A stretch of 64,000 nt of DNA from Eledone cirrhosa (taxonomy: Eukaryota), in NCBI GenBank assembly GCA_964016885.1, contig OZ024742.1, forward strand, positions 65,906,001 through 65,970,000. The letters run 5' to 3'. Positions 26,147 to 39,098 of the stretch are shown here, piece after piece. The notes under the pieces are model-generated. The model made no database searches. It was not told the DNA's origin and worked only from the letters and a program-made list of their open reading frames with translations. A program made the position numbers and the translations under genes. How positions within the stretch are numbered: the first letter of the stretch is position 1; every line of letters starts with the position of its first letter.

Positions 26147-26869
26147 TACGGCTATCTCCGTAAACCAAAATTATATATATATGCATATATATCTCACATC
26201 CCGCTAATCGACCGACCAACTATATTGTCAGAGTTCTGCTCAATCAGGGCTGACCTGGGGCTAATAGAATACCAAGTAAATGCAAACGTAACAAGTATAA
26301 CAAGATGAAGCACAATACCAACATAATAAAAATAACGAAAATAATTAGAGAACGAGTTTATTGACACGTATAATCGCACCATTGTTATCTAACAAGATTC
26401 AATAGGAAGATAGATTGATAAAAAAAATGTACCGCCAACAAAAACAATAAAGCATAAAAATTGTATAAACATATAAAAAGAACAGACATACAGAAATAAA
26501 ATAATACATGACAATAAATGTAAAAAGAATAAAAAAGAAGACACCCAAAATAACAAATAATCAAATGAAAGAGAGGAAACAATTGACTAAAAGCTAGACA
26601 AAAGTAGAGGGCGGCTGAGGTATGACTTCTGACCTGAAACTTTTTTTGGTAAGTAAGAAATGGCCACCGATCAGGTTTTTCTCGCCTAGCTATTGTTTTA
26701 CAGTTCGAAAATTGAAAACACTGCCAAGTAAATATCTGTGCGAAATATATATATATATATATATACGTGTATAAACACAGACACACACACTCAAACACAC
26801 ACACACACACACACACCCATACATATATGTATATATATATATATATGGGGGGAGGGGGCATGTATACGG

Positions 26870-27050
26870 AAAGTAAACGAAAGCAACAAAGTGTGCAATA
26901 CAGAACAATAAAGAAATATATTAGTTTAACGCTTGATATAATAGAAAAAAAGCCTTAATTTGTCGGACATTAGTCCTTCATCCGTACATAGAATGAGAAA
27001 CAAAAGAAGAAATAGAAAGATAGAGTGTGAGAAGACATTTCCTTTTAGAA
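26870..27050 (-). mobile_element. Family F4 pLTR-like element, decayed hammerhead
   Basis: Minus strand CGGATGAAGGACTAATGTCCGACAA; flanks resemble 56640-56775 and 53925-54060. Confidence 0.55.
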
Positions 27051-27439
27051 AAGCCCTTATATTTGTTCAGTTAGCCTTACACATACACACACATACACAT
27101 TGATATATATAAATATATATGATCTAAGTTTGCCCCAGAAACGAAAGAATATCATTCCCAGAGACAGGAGAATCCTTATGAGAAAAAGAAACGAAGATCT
27201 CAAACCAGCTACATACACAAATAAGGAACAAGACGAAATCCCATTTGAAGCAGGCACTGTTTCAAGGTAAAAATGAACTCAAACACACCCATGAAAATAC
27301 GATGGCAGAAAGAGAAGCCAGGGCTATAACAAATATAGACGAACCTAGCAAACTACGGGGTAGGGTTACTTTTCCATAAAATTGGTTAACTGTCAGCAGA
27401 CCCACCAGAGATATGTGAGACACTGAATGAACAATACAA

Positions 27440-27640
27440 AAGTGTTTTCACACTTCCAGTGAGCTACATGCGAATAAATAAGTAAGATGTGTTCTTCAAC
27501 ACAACTGCCTTACACAGAGAAATGGCAACCGTCAACCACATGAGTATATAAGTGAAATATGTAATATCAGCAATAGATGAAATGAGACCAAAGTCGGCAG
27601 CTGACGATGATGGTTTCCCAGCAATCCTCCTAAAACTAAT
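27440..27640 (+). mobile_element. CR1/L2-group RT N-terminal remnant
   Basis: VISAIDEMRPKSAADDDGFPAILLK resembles the SA(A/P)GPDG motif. Confidence 0.55.
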
Positions 27641-27669
27641 TTGAGGAGGAGAGGGGTTCCCTTCCCCGT

Positions 27670-28095
27670 CCCATTACGATCTGAGTTCAAATCTCGCCGA
27701 GGTTAACTTTGCCATTCATCCTTACGGGGTCAATAAAATAAAGTACCTGTAATGTACTCTGTAATTGCTGGCCTTGTGCCAAAAGTAGAAACAATTATTA
27801 TAGAGCGTCAGACACCATGCTTTCCAGCATAGAGTTATGGCCATTTACTTTCTGGGCAGCCAGAGAAAAATGGTTAAATGTTTAACTCCCAGTTACTTAA
27901 TGAGTTCTCTTTCCTTATATGGGATTGGCTGTATCGGTAGAGGGTCGGACGCCATGCTTTGCAGCAGAGAGTTACGGCCCTTTATTGTCTGAGTTCAAAT
28001 CCCACCAAGTTTATATTTGCCTTTCATCCTTACAAGGTCGATAAAATAAAGCACCAGTAATTGTAGGCCTTGTGACAAAAATAGAAACAATTATT
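27670..28095 (+). mobile_element. Cluster of tRNA-SINE copies (about 27670-27798, partial 27800-27850, 27921-28095)
   Basis: B-box, core and tail homology to 12718-12902. Confidence 0.85.
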
Positions 28096-29067
28096 ATCAT
28101 TTTATCCCTCTTTTCTTTCTTCTGCAAACTTACAGGAAAGCAGCCTCTAGAACACACCAAACAGGACCCCTTTCGATCATGTTTATTCCAATATTATTAT
28201 TTAGATTTAGATTTTTATACTTGTTTATATCTGCAACCCCTAAACATACCGCAGGACCGAAGGTTTTTTTCAGTTTCTTTCACAAACCTTTCGACACAAT
28301 TCAACCCCACCCTAATACCCACATAAAACACACACATCAAAAATGCAATCTGGACCATCATAATGTATGGTAAAACATTTTCTATTTTTAACCAAGTGAA
28401 TTCAATTGAATCCCGATCTGTTGAACTCAACTTCCACGGCACCTTCATAAAGAACATATATAAGGAATGGTGACAGAAAGCTCACATATATTCAAACTCC
28501 TCACAGAATAGACGGAAAAACGTTTTTTATTTCACGATAAGATTGTTATACCAATCGAAATCGGTTATATTTAATGCAACAATTCTAAAATTATTCTTCC
28601 TGTCAGATTAAAGAAAAAGTAATCTTTAAATATATTATATATTTCTCTTCATTTTCACCATCAATTTTGAACTATATATATATATATATATATATTGGAA
28701 AAGTAAATAACAACAACAACAAGGAGTAAAGCTACGAAAGGTTTTATATATTTACATACTTGTGTAGCATATATAGCATATAGGAACACACATATAGACA
28801 TTAATCGACACACACATACAGGCAAATGGTGAGACAATAAGGCAGCCATGCACATGTACAGCCGTACACAGCCACACACATACACGAATACATTATTTAA
28901 GCGATGTTGTGTAAACAATTTGATATAGAGAATCATTTTTTCCCCTTTGGACATTTAGAATTTGACCTGCAATTTAAGAAGCTTTGATTTTTCTCGTTCA
29001 CATAAAAACGTGAATTTTTTGAGTAAAATGATGACTACAGACAAAAACACAAATATTCATGCAAGCA

Positions 29068-29325
<258 letters not shown>

Positions 29326-29345
29326 TATATTATTATTATTATTAT

Positions 29346-29424
<79 letters not shown>

Positions 29425-29442
29425 AATATATATACATATATA

Positions 29443-29500
<58 letters not shown>

Positions 29501-29856
29501 CGGAATATGTGCTTATGTGTGTATGTATATACAATGTTGAGAATTTGTCAGCGTTGTTTGCCGGGGTCACAAGGTTTTTCGGGTCTAACAATTCACATTC
29601 ATCAGGGCGACACAACAGAAGCGGAACAAGTTCCAGTCGTTTTCCAAGAGGTATAAATACTATTGACCTCTACTACATCCATGTTGATTCTGGTGGACAT
29701 CCTACTTCCCCGGTATGCACTTGGGCCTACTATGGCAGTCCTCTACCAACTACTGCTACTTAGCTCTTAGTTCTCTCTCTTGATAGCTCCAATAGAATCA
29801 ATTGTCTTACAAACTCGAAAACTTATAAGATGTTTGGTCTCAGCATAGACTTAATA

Positions 29857-30045
29857 ATTCTTTCTACTTTTGGCACAAGGCCAGAAATTACGCCAGTGCT
29901 TCACTAGTGCTTCATTTTATCGACCGCTTATGGACGAAAGGAAAGTTAACCTCGGCGGGATTTGAACTCAAACCGTAAAGGGCCGTAACTCTATGCTGCA
30001 AAGCATAGCGTCTGACCCTCTAGTGATATTGCCAATCCACCGCCC
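29857..30045 (-). mobile_element. tRNA-SINE copy with TSD
   Basis: Full homology; ATAGACTTAATAAT on both sides. Confidence 0.88.
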
Positions 30046-30863
30046 TTAGTAATAGACTTAATAATACGAGATTCATTCTTCAATCACCTTTCCTGTGAAG
30101 GGAAACAATTCGATCAAGCAGACTTTGTGTCTTTTGTTCGGTCGTTCAAACTCCCTGATAAAAAGGAGTTTCCTAGGTGAGGCATATGTGTGCCTGTTTT
30201 CTCTGAACTCTCAACCAGTGCCCCTTAACCTTGCTCCATATAAATACATTATATAGACTGCACAAAGCATCATAGACCTCCTGGATAAGGTATTCGATAT
30301 TTTTTGGTTTCCTCGTCCACATGTTCAGCCTCTTTCCACTTCATCCACCCACCTTGATTACCCAATGGCACTGATCAGCTTACTCGCTCTCCCTCTAACA
30401 AAGCCCGAACCTGCATGAACATGTGTCTCTTTCTTGCTTGCAATGTCCAATCCGGATGGTGCTGATCTGCCGGTCCATCCCCCTCGAGTCGAGTAATGAT
30501 TTTTCTGTAACTGATGGCGTTACCCCCCCCCCCCCAAATTGAAGCAGGACATTGTCAATCGCTTTCCTTCCATAATCAAGACCTCAGACTACATCCTTAT
30601 TCCGTAACCACCACCACACACTATATATAAGTATGAGGGAGACGTACTTTTGCAAGGTGCCGCCGTCATATTACACAATTTCTGAGTAAGAATGACCATT
30701 AAACAATATTTAATGATATATACATTTATTAATATAATTTATCTATATATACATGTACATATAAATTTATACATACATCCATACTCTAAAGCGTGAACCT
30801 AATACTAACACTGTGTACTGCACTCTTCGTTATTGTTTTTGTTTTCTGTTTTAACCCCCCCCC

Positions 30864-30915
<52 letters not shown>

Positions 30916-30974
30916 CTAGGCTCTGATACCATCAACACCATAAACACGCAGCTGGCACATCTAAGAACTGACTA

Positions 30975-31030
30975 ACTGCCTGATGAAGTCATAGCCATTC
31001 AATGGCTATCATGGAAATATATATAGCAGT
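30975..31030 (+). ncRNA. Minimal type I hammerhead ribozyme in a TA-flanked element (about 30911-31078)
   Basis: ACTGC-CTGATGA-[ATAGCCATT/AATGGCTAT]-GAAA-T-ATAT-A-TA-GCAGT; AUA triplet; AATAAA directly after. Confidence 0.8.
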
Positions 31031-31094
31031 AAATAAAGGATTATGAGTTCATGCAATTGACTTATGTTTCGTCACTATATATATATATAAATAT

Positions 31095-31646
31095 CTCTAT
31101 CTATCTAAGGCGGGTAAAATTCCCGAGATCCATAGACGAGTTCTCTCCAGCGGTCTCTGTCCCTCATTAACGCTGCCATGTCCTGCGTCTCCAACAGACC
31201 AGTGTCTGTCCTTAGGCCATCAACATACGTTAATCTTGGTCTTCCTCTTCTAGTGTGTCCATGTAGGGGCTCCCACATGAGCACTGAGTGTAGTGTCAAC
31301 TCTGGGTGTCAGTGAGCATGTCCAGCCAACCTCAGTCTCCTCTGTGTCACTTTTGAGCTGACTTTTGGGATGCTCCCATACAGCTCTGAGTTTTTCATCC
31401 ACAGTGTATACTGATTAATGTTCAGTGCCATCCTCAGCATTCTCGTGTAGCACCGATCCACCATCTGAGTGAGTTTCTTGGTCAGTGTCTAAGTCTCAGA
31501 CCCGTTTGAGAGGAAGAGCAAAGCCTGGGCGGCGTGCCACAGCTTGAGATCGGTGTGGAAGTCGGACCTTCGTAAAAACCTGAAAATCCGCCTCTTCATT
31601 GCTGTAGTGGAGTCTGTGCTGCTGTACGGGTCTGAGACTTGGACAC
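31095..31646 (-). mobile_element. RTE-clade 3' fragment with 5' inversion
   Basis: Minus 31505-31105: YTRMLRMAL...WEPLHGHTRRGRP...DRDRWR with (TAGA)n tail; plus 31506-31646: KAWAACHSL...VESVLLYGSETWT. Confidence 0.85.
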
Positions 31647-31677
<31 letters not shown>

Positions 31678-33224
31678 CACATTATATACATATAGTATCA
31701 TGGGCCTGATGCTGTGTTGACTAAAGTCTCCGTTGACAGGGCTCTGGTATGAAGGTTTATTGGGCAATTGTATTTTGTGTGGTGTACTTCTGGCTGGTTT
31801 GTTGTGTATATCTGTTGGCTAGGACTGTGTAAGGAATATGCATATATACATATTTGTGTGTGTGTGTGTAAATATACGTATCTTTCTATATGTGTGTTTA
31901 TGTATCTACTCACGAATGCATACACAGGCACATGTATGCGAGTGTGAGTTTATTACATCCATAGAAAACCCATATGTTGTTGCTCGTATGTCGTGACATT
32001 TCGTACTGCATTCATTCGTCAACATATTACAATATTATTGAATCAACATGTAGTTCTCTTCGCGTTTGTATGTGATCAATTATATTACTGTTATGAATGC
32101 ACCAGTCTTGCTTGAAATTATAGTTAGGTTTTATTGAATCTCTTCACTGATTACACACATTGCATAGACAACAGCATAAAACACACAGACCATCATGCAT
32201 ACACTCACATATCCTCACATATACACATGCACAAGTCTGCATCCATACATATAAACATACAGATCTACATACACGCGCAGTTATACAGACATGCCCATAT
32301 ATGAAAACGCATGCACGCCTACACACACGTGCAGACATAATACAGCATCATTTTTATATGACAACATTTACTAACGCACATCCACACGAATCATTGTACG
32401 TACAATTGAATGTACATTCACACGCATCCAATCATACAAAAGTAAGTATATACTTTTAGATACACGAGGGCATGCATACACAAACGTACACTAGTGTTAA
32501 TAATCATAAGCTTGCTTACATATATTGAAGCACATATCTACGTTAACATCAATACACGTATTCAAATATAAACGAATATGCGTCTCTCTACGCACATGGC
32601 TGCCCTCTCGTTATCGAGTATGGCCATTGCACGATATAACATTATTAATAATTATCAATTAATGCTATCGTGCAGTAACTGTGCGTCAGTATTTTTGTTA
32701 AAGTGAGGAAAGACTGTGCACTGAGCCAATCCCACTCTCTGAGCGACAGTAGCAATATCCCCAAAAGAAGAAACAATCAACATCAACGGTAACTACTGAG
32801 CCGCAGGTTTTATATCGGAGTTATCCCAGTTTCCTGAGTTGCCTTCTCTTAGAACAATGCCCTGACAAAGGCTAGGGGTCCATCACTCCCAGTAGTTTAA
32901 CCGCATGGCCTGGTATCCAGCCTGATTTTTTCTATGTCCCCGCACATATATAGACACATGTATACATGTATATACATATATACATATATACATATATACA
33001 TACATATATACATAGGTATATACATATTTACACATTTTTAGATGGCCGTTGACTCTTATGAGTTCTTGCGCCCTTTGATAAGTTTTGTTTTTTGTCCTGC
33101 AGGTGTCCAAAATCACCCTCTTCACCAAGGAAACTTGGTGGCGTTGCCGGTTGCGACAGGTTGTACTGGATTACATGTTACCAGTAGCACTCAAGTGACC
33201 CGACACATACATATATACATACAT

Positions 33225-33530
33225 TAATACATACATACATGATGGCTGCAAACTCTGCCAAGATGGCTGCAATCGCTTGTCAGATTCAGACGTGTGACGC
33301 TCGGATATGGCTTTTCAAGCCTGCTAGAGACTTGCACTCTTTCACACACTGACGACAACTATGGATCTCCCTAGCTCCTGCATCAGGTTGCCCGTAAACC
33401 CCCACAAGACCGTGGGAATCAAAGTTCACTGGTTCTCTTTGAACATGGCTGCGACTGTGGCTCCTGAGACAAGATTTGCTCAAGCAAATGTTTCCACACT
33501 CAGGGCACTTCAATTCAATGGAGACACCGA
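33225..33530 (-). mobile_element. RTE/BovB-like 3' end with two C2H2 zinc fingers
   Basis: CPECGNICLSKSCLRSHSRSH and CRQCVKECKSLAGLKSH, short 3'UTR, (ATGT)n tail. Confidence 0.7.
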
Positions 33531-33649
33531 TACATACATATATACGATTATACATACATATATACGGCTATACATACATGCATATATACACATATTACAT
33601 ATCTGCGCATAAACATGTTCATTAACACATTTTAGAGTCAGAAGAAGAA

Positions 33650-34310
33650 TGAGTAAGGAGAAAAGGAGAGCAAGGAGAGCAAGGAGAGCAAGGAGAGCAA
33701 GGAGAGCAAGGAGAAAATGAGAGTAAGGAGAATAAGGAGAGCAAGGAGAGCAGGGAGAGCAAGGAGAAAGGGAGATCAATGGGAAAAGAAGGGAAAGGAG
33801 GGGAAGGAGAAAAGGAGAACAAGGAGAGCAATGAGAAAAGGAGATCAAGGAGAGCAAGAAGAGGAAGGAGAAAAGAAGAGCAAGGAGAGCAAGGAGAGGA
33901 AGAAGAAGAGAAGAACAAGGAGAGCAACGAGAAAAGGAGAGCAAGAAGAGCAAGGGTAAAAGGAAAGCAAGGAGAGCAATGAGAAAAGGAGAGCAAGGAG
34001 AGCAAGGATGAAAGGAGTGCACGGGAGGCAGGATAAAAGGAGAACAAGGAGAGCAAGGAGAGCAATGGGAAAAGGAGAGCAAGGAGGGCAAGGAGTGCAC
34101 GGAGAGCAAGAATAAAAGGAGAACAATGAGAAACGGAGAGTCAGGAGTGCACGGAGAGCAAGGATAAAACGAGAGCAATGGGAGCAAGAATAGAGGAATG
34201 AGAGCAATGAGAAAAGGAGAGCAAGGAGAGCAATGAGAAAAGGAGTGCAAGAAGAGCAAGGATAATAGGGGAGCAAGGAGAACAATGAGAAAATGAGAGC
34301 AATTATGCTG
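33650..34310. repeat. Purine-rich minisatellite, 10-bp unit AAGGAGAGCA and variants
   Basis: Directly visible. Confidence 0.92.
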
Positions 34311-34329
34311 GAAGCAGACAAAGGTGAAG

Positions 34330-34740
34330 AAGAGAAAGAATAAAAATATCAACTGAAGAGGTACATTCTGCACCAAAATGACTTTTCTTCCTTTACAAAC
34401 ATCGAGTTTACCTCTTTTGAAACCCCTGGTGCAAAAACTTTCTTCACGAGATTTTCTATCAGCACCGATTTTCTCGACAAAGACCCTTCAACATTGAAGG
34501 ATGATCCTGGTTACAAAAGTGGACTTGAAACACTTGAGAAGACAGTTGTTGTGAATGATGTTGCAGAAAGAGGTGTCAAACTAATTCAGGATTACAATAA
34601 CATTCTCACAAAAGATGAAACTGAGAAACAATTTGTTTTACAGGTCGTTACCGACAACCGTAAAACCAACAGCCACTAAATCCTTGAACAGAATTAATCG
34701 TTGCTTATAATATGTTCCAGCTTTAGGGCGTATTAGAATT
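34330..34740 (+). mobile_element. DNA transposase C-terminal remnant, probably hAT-related (hATm-like)
   Basis: FLDKDPS...VVNDVAERGVKLIQDYNNILTKDETEKQFVLQVV; family assignment is from recall and tentative. Confidence 0.6.
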
Positions 34741-35919
34741 CTCAGGGAAGTAGGGAAAACTGGATGTATGGGAGCTGTTAAAACAGCAAAATACCGTCGA
34801 AGCGGCGTTGGGTAAAATATTACCTCGAAGGACAGAGACCGGCGGCTCGATGTGAGTTGACTCGAAAGAAAGAAGAGAAGGTTGGATGGAAGAAATAGAA
34901 TGATTCGTCGACACTGCTTGAGGTTGAGATCTGAAGAGCATATTTTAATGTCTGTGATTCGTTCTCATTGATCCATTCTATTTCTTCCTTGGAACCACTC
35001 ATTAGAGATACGCGTATATATGAATACACACATCCACACACACATCCACACACACATCCACACTCATACGCATAAACATACACATACATACACACATATA
35101 TACACACACACACAAACATAATAAACATGGAGGTGTTTGAGGAAGATTTGTGAGGAGACGAAGCAATTAAATATAACCTTACCTGTCACTGGTTCTGTGA
35201 GATTGCACTTATTCGGATTTGTCTACACACACACACACACACACCACACACACACACGTACACACGCGCACACACGGACACGCACACCCACACACTCACA
35301 CCCCCACACACACACTGTCTCTCTCTCTCACACACACATATGGTGAAAAACATCCAAATCTGGGAGGGCATTTAATCAATGGATATTAGAATGACTATAG
35401 AGCCATTTAGGTACATTGTTTCATTAGCCGGCTGTTTCTGATATTTCACTGATACCAAATACCAGTATGTTAACATATAATGATTCTATTATGTAATGGT
35501 CGTGGTCTGTTCCCTCAAATATGAAACACTTCTAAAATAAAGATGAACGAGTGAGAAATATATAAGTAAGGCGTTTATATAGAGCAATACAAAGTAAAAA
35601 CGATGGAGATAGTTTGGTCGATGGAAAACTTAAATTAATTAGGTCTTGAGAAACTGTATTGAGCTAAATATTGCAGGACCAACAAATATACAGAGAAAGA
35701 AAGGTAGGATACAGATAGAGTTTGTAGAGGAAGATCTGCGCGGAACTAATTAGCTTATATGTGGTCAATGAATGGAATCTATACTATCCAGTGTTTTTAT
35801 CCGGGTATGAGTGGAATTTTACAGTTCTTCAGTATAAAGTTTTTTTGTGTAGATGGTTGGTTATCAGCGTGTAAAGAAATTGATTCTCTTATTGGGGATC
35901 AGCCGGATCAGTATGAGAC

Positions 35920-36080
35920 GGTTGCTTGAGAATTCTGCCCCAATGACCCTCTCAGGAATAAGTGGGAGAAGAAGAAGAAGAAGAAGAAGAAGAAGAAGAA
36001 GAAGAAGAAGAAGAAACAATAACTGTCGGTAAACTCTTAAATAATTCAAGAAACGGTTAAGTCTGGTCACACGCTGTATA
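35920..36080. repeat. Dispersed repeat with (GAA)n core; inverted partner at 58714-58870
   Basis: AACTGTCGGTAAACTCTTAAATAATTCAAGAAACG(G/A)TTAAGTCTGGTCACACGCTGTATA shared. Confidence 0.85.
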
Positions 36081-36269
36081 AGAAGAAGGTTTTCTTATTA
36101 AGAGTGTCAGTGTAGTTGTGCAGCTTTTTCAGTATATTCCAGCAACTTCCAGATTCACCGTGGATTTTAACCTTCATTATAGTAAGCGCTATTAGATATG
36201 TCTTTTGTATCCGTTTGTAAATACGCATAGAAACTCTATTGGTCCTCAAATTATATGCCGTCAAAGGAA

Positions 36270-37425
36270 AACCTTCCACTAAAGGAGTGGCGTGGGCGAG
36301 AAATGTCGTATGCCACGGAATTCATTGATGTAAACATGAAAGCAATCGACACCGCTTATGTTTGCGATTTGGTGGGGTTATACATGTTGAAGTCATACAT
36401 TTTGGATACTTCAAAAGTAAGTTTCCATATTTTCGGACAGGTCTATATCCCGAATATAGTTTGACTCTAACGAGTCACAAAAGCGGATATGACCGTGATA
36501 TGTTTCGGAACATTTTTATTATCACTTTTAATAGCCTGAGTTATAAATGTACTTTCACAACCAATTTCACTGTTGTTAATTTTCTGGATAGCCATTTCGA
36601 TCTAAACTCACTCATGCCTTACTTCAAACCCAACGAGCAGGTTTGGCACATCAGCAGAAACTACTGTTACTCAGTAATAAACTTCGGGAATCTAGTAGCT
36701 AAGTAAGAATTTCTGGTCTTTCTGCAAATCAACATAACTTTGATAGCGTAGCCTCCGCCCCAACACAATAAGGTTGTGGCGAAGAACAGCTTTAAGATTA
36801 AATCTACTTCATTGATAAAAACTATAGTACTAGAAATAACACAAATAAATCTAGAAGAATTATATTGTTTACTCACATTTTCTTGCTAAATGTTAAGGAG
36901 AGAAATCGCTGCTCTTATAAACAAGCTGAATGCCATAATACAGAAGCGCGTATGTAGCAGAAATATGTCTCAAATCAGCTACTCTTGTGCAAGCAACACC
37001 AGATCCGACATCACCAGCAAACCTCAGCTACACACCAGATTGCTCATATAAAGACGAAATACTTGCCCCCTCCATTATATTGAGCATCCAATACAGCATC
37101 CGGGATATATGAAGACAAAACCAACAGCAGGATGTCAAGACAAACTAGGGAACCTCGATAGGCAGGCTGAAAAACCGCTTTCTAAATCACAAGACTACCT
37201 TCAGTTATCTGGACAAATGTTGCAACACCAACATCGCCAGTCACTTTAGTGATTTTAAAGATAGAGGCTCGATTTTCTCTATCAAATGAGCATATTTGAA
37301 AATTCCCGACTATATACAAATGACTCGAGGACATGCTAGATGTCTACGTCGGAAAGACGGAATATATTGAAAATACTACACAACTCCACAAAATGTTTAA
37401 TACAAGGGTCAATTTCTTAACTCAC
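36270..37425 (+). mobile_element. Decayed Penelope-like element ORF (RT plus GIY-YIG region)
   Basis: DTAYVCDLVGLYML (like DGAEVCELVGLYIL), VNFLDSHFDL..PYFKPN, ISYSC, CPL, KNRFLNHKTTF. Confidence 0.75.
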
Positions 37426-37450
37426 AGCACATACCTAAATGTATACTCAA

Positions 37451-38428
37451 CTAGCAGTGGTACCCGGCATTGCACGGTATAAGGTATTTTGGAACGCGGG
37501 CCGCCAATAGACCTAAACACTGCATTACTGGATAATATGTAAAGAAAATAAACCGAATACTCTGATGGCTGGATAATCTTTAAGATTTTCCTCGATGAAG
37601 CAGGAAAAATGCAGGTTTTCACCTAATGCGGGCCCTAGAGGATCAAGAAAATGAACTTTTTTTATGTGCCTTGAAATTTCGGGAAAATCGGCTAGACATA
37701 ACGCCTCCAAAAATCCCTAAGAAGCTGAAAAAAATGAAGTTTTTCACCTAATGCGGGCCCTAGGGGATCAAGAAAATGAATTTTTTTTATGTGCCTTGAA
37801 ATTTCGGGAAAAATAGGCTAGACGTAACGCCTCCAAAAAGCCCTAAGAAGCTGAAAAAAAATGAAGCTTTTCACCTAATGCGGGCCCTAGGCCCTAAGAA
37901 AGTTGGATTTTCTTTGCTTACGGTATGAAGAAGAGACTGACTAATACATAGTTACAATTTCAAGGAAATCGGTCTGATGTAACGCCTCAAAAATCCCTAA
38001 AAAATGATAAACAACGCAGTTTTTCACCTAATGCGGGCCCTAGGAGATAAAAAAAGTTGAAATCGGTTGGGTACTTCTCGAGCTTTAGGGATTCAAACTC
38101 ACACACACACACACACACACACACATCCGCAAGGAAATAACGTAATGCAGACAGCCAGACATACAGACAGATATTATAAGGGCGTGACGTTATAAGTATG
38201 TATCTATCTAAAAAGAGAAAGAATAAGAATTATAGAGCGAGATGGCTAAATCGCCTAATGTGGTCCCTGGGGCATAGAAAATTTGAAATTTAATTTGCTC
38301 AGAACATATCCTGAAACATAAGGATTACATGTGTAAAGTTTGAAAACAGTCGGTTGGATGGTTCTCGAGCTCTAGGGATTCGAACTCACACACACACAGA
38401 CAGGCATCCTCAGTTTTATATATATAGA
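37451..38428 (-). mobile_element. Non-autonomous Helitron-like element with internal minisatellite
   Basis: Minus strand begins TCTATATATATAAAAC and ends CCGTGCAATGCCGGGTACCACTGCTAG|T; ACCTAATGCGGGCCCTAG recurs at 37621, 37746, 37873, 38026. Confidence 0.75.
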
Positions 38429-38967
38429 CTAGCAGAAAACCACACGGTGGGCGGTTTTCTGCTAGCAAATCTAGTGTATATACTGATATTGTTGAGATTT
38501 GGATGAGAAATGTTTTCGGCACCACATGTTCACCGTCTCTCGGTGTGTCTTTTATGCATGTATAAATATATATGTTATCTATACGGTAAAATCTTTGAAA
38601 TAAATATATGTTAAAACGAAAAAGGAGAAAATAAATAACTGGCGGTTAGAAAAAATATTCCTATGAAATTTTAATCATACCATTTGGTGTGAATAAGGAA
38701 ATATTTTTTTATTGTCAAAACAAATGTTCAAAAGTTAAACTTCAATTTTTTGAATTATTTCCAATTTTTTCATGAAATTGAACACTGGACATTGGCTGCT
38801 GGAAATGGAAATTAAATCGTATTTAATTGTATTTAAATTTCTAACCTTATTTTATTATTTATATTTTTTCAATAAGAAATAAAAAAAAACAACAACAACA
38901 TTTGAAGAAAAAAATTGAACAAATCAAACGTAGGTTATGGAACTGCGCAATCTGATTAATAAATTAC

Positions 38968-39098
38968 CTCATCAGCAGCAACCTTCTTCAAATGGTCCTT
39001 ATTATCAGCAGCAACAACCACAAATTCAATGGCAACCTTCTTCAAATGGTCCTTATTATCAGCAGCAACAACCACAAATTCAATGGCAACCTTCTTCG
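38968..39098. repeat. 54-bp tandem repeat, about 2.4 units
   Basis: CAACCTTCTTCAAATGGTCCTTATTATCAGCAGCAACAACCACAAATTCAATGG twice. Confidence 0.9.

Noticed and set aside
28530-28575. Hammerhead-like GATTG/CAATC-GAAA, similar at about 63637-63680
   Set aside because: CUGANGA is not intact and there is no stem I
33286-33555. Host C2H2 zinc-finger gene
   Set aside because: Two fingers without TGEKP linkers, followed by a short UTR and simple-repeat tail; fits an RTE 3' end
33510-34376. 288-aa Leu/Ser/Pro membrane-like ORF
   Set aside because: Antisense reading of the AAGGAGAGCA minisatellite
37610-38045. CRISPR-like repeat ACCTAATGCGGGCCCTAG
   Set aside because: Intervening sequences are homologous to each other, spacing is 125-153 bp, there are no cas genes, and the context is eukaryotic
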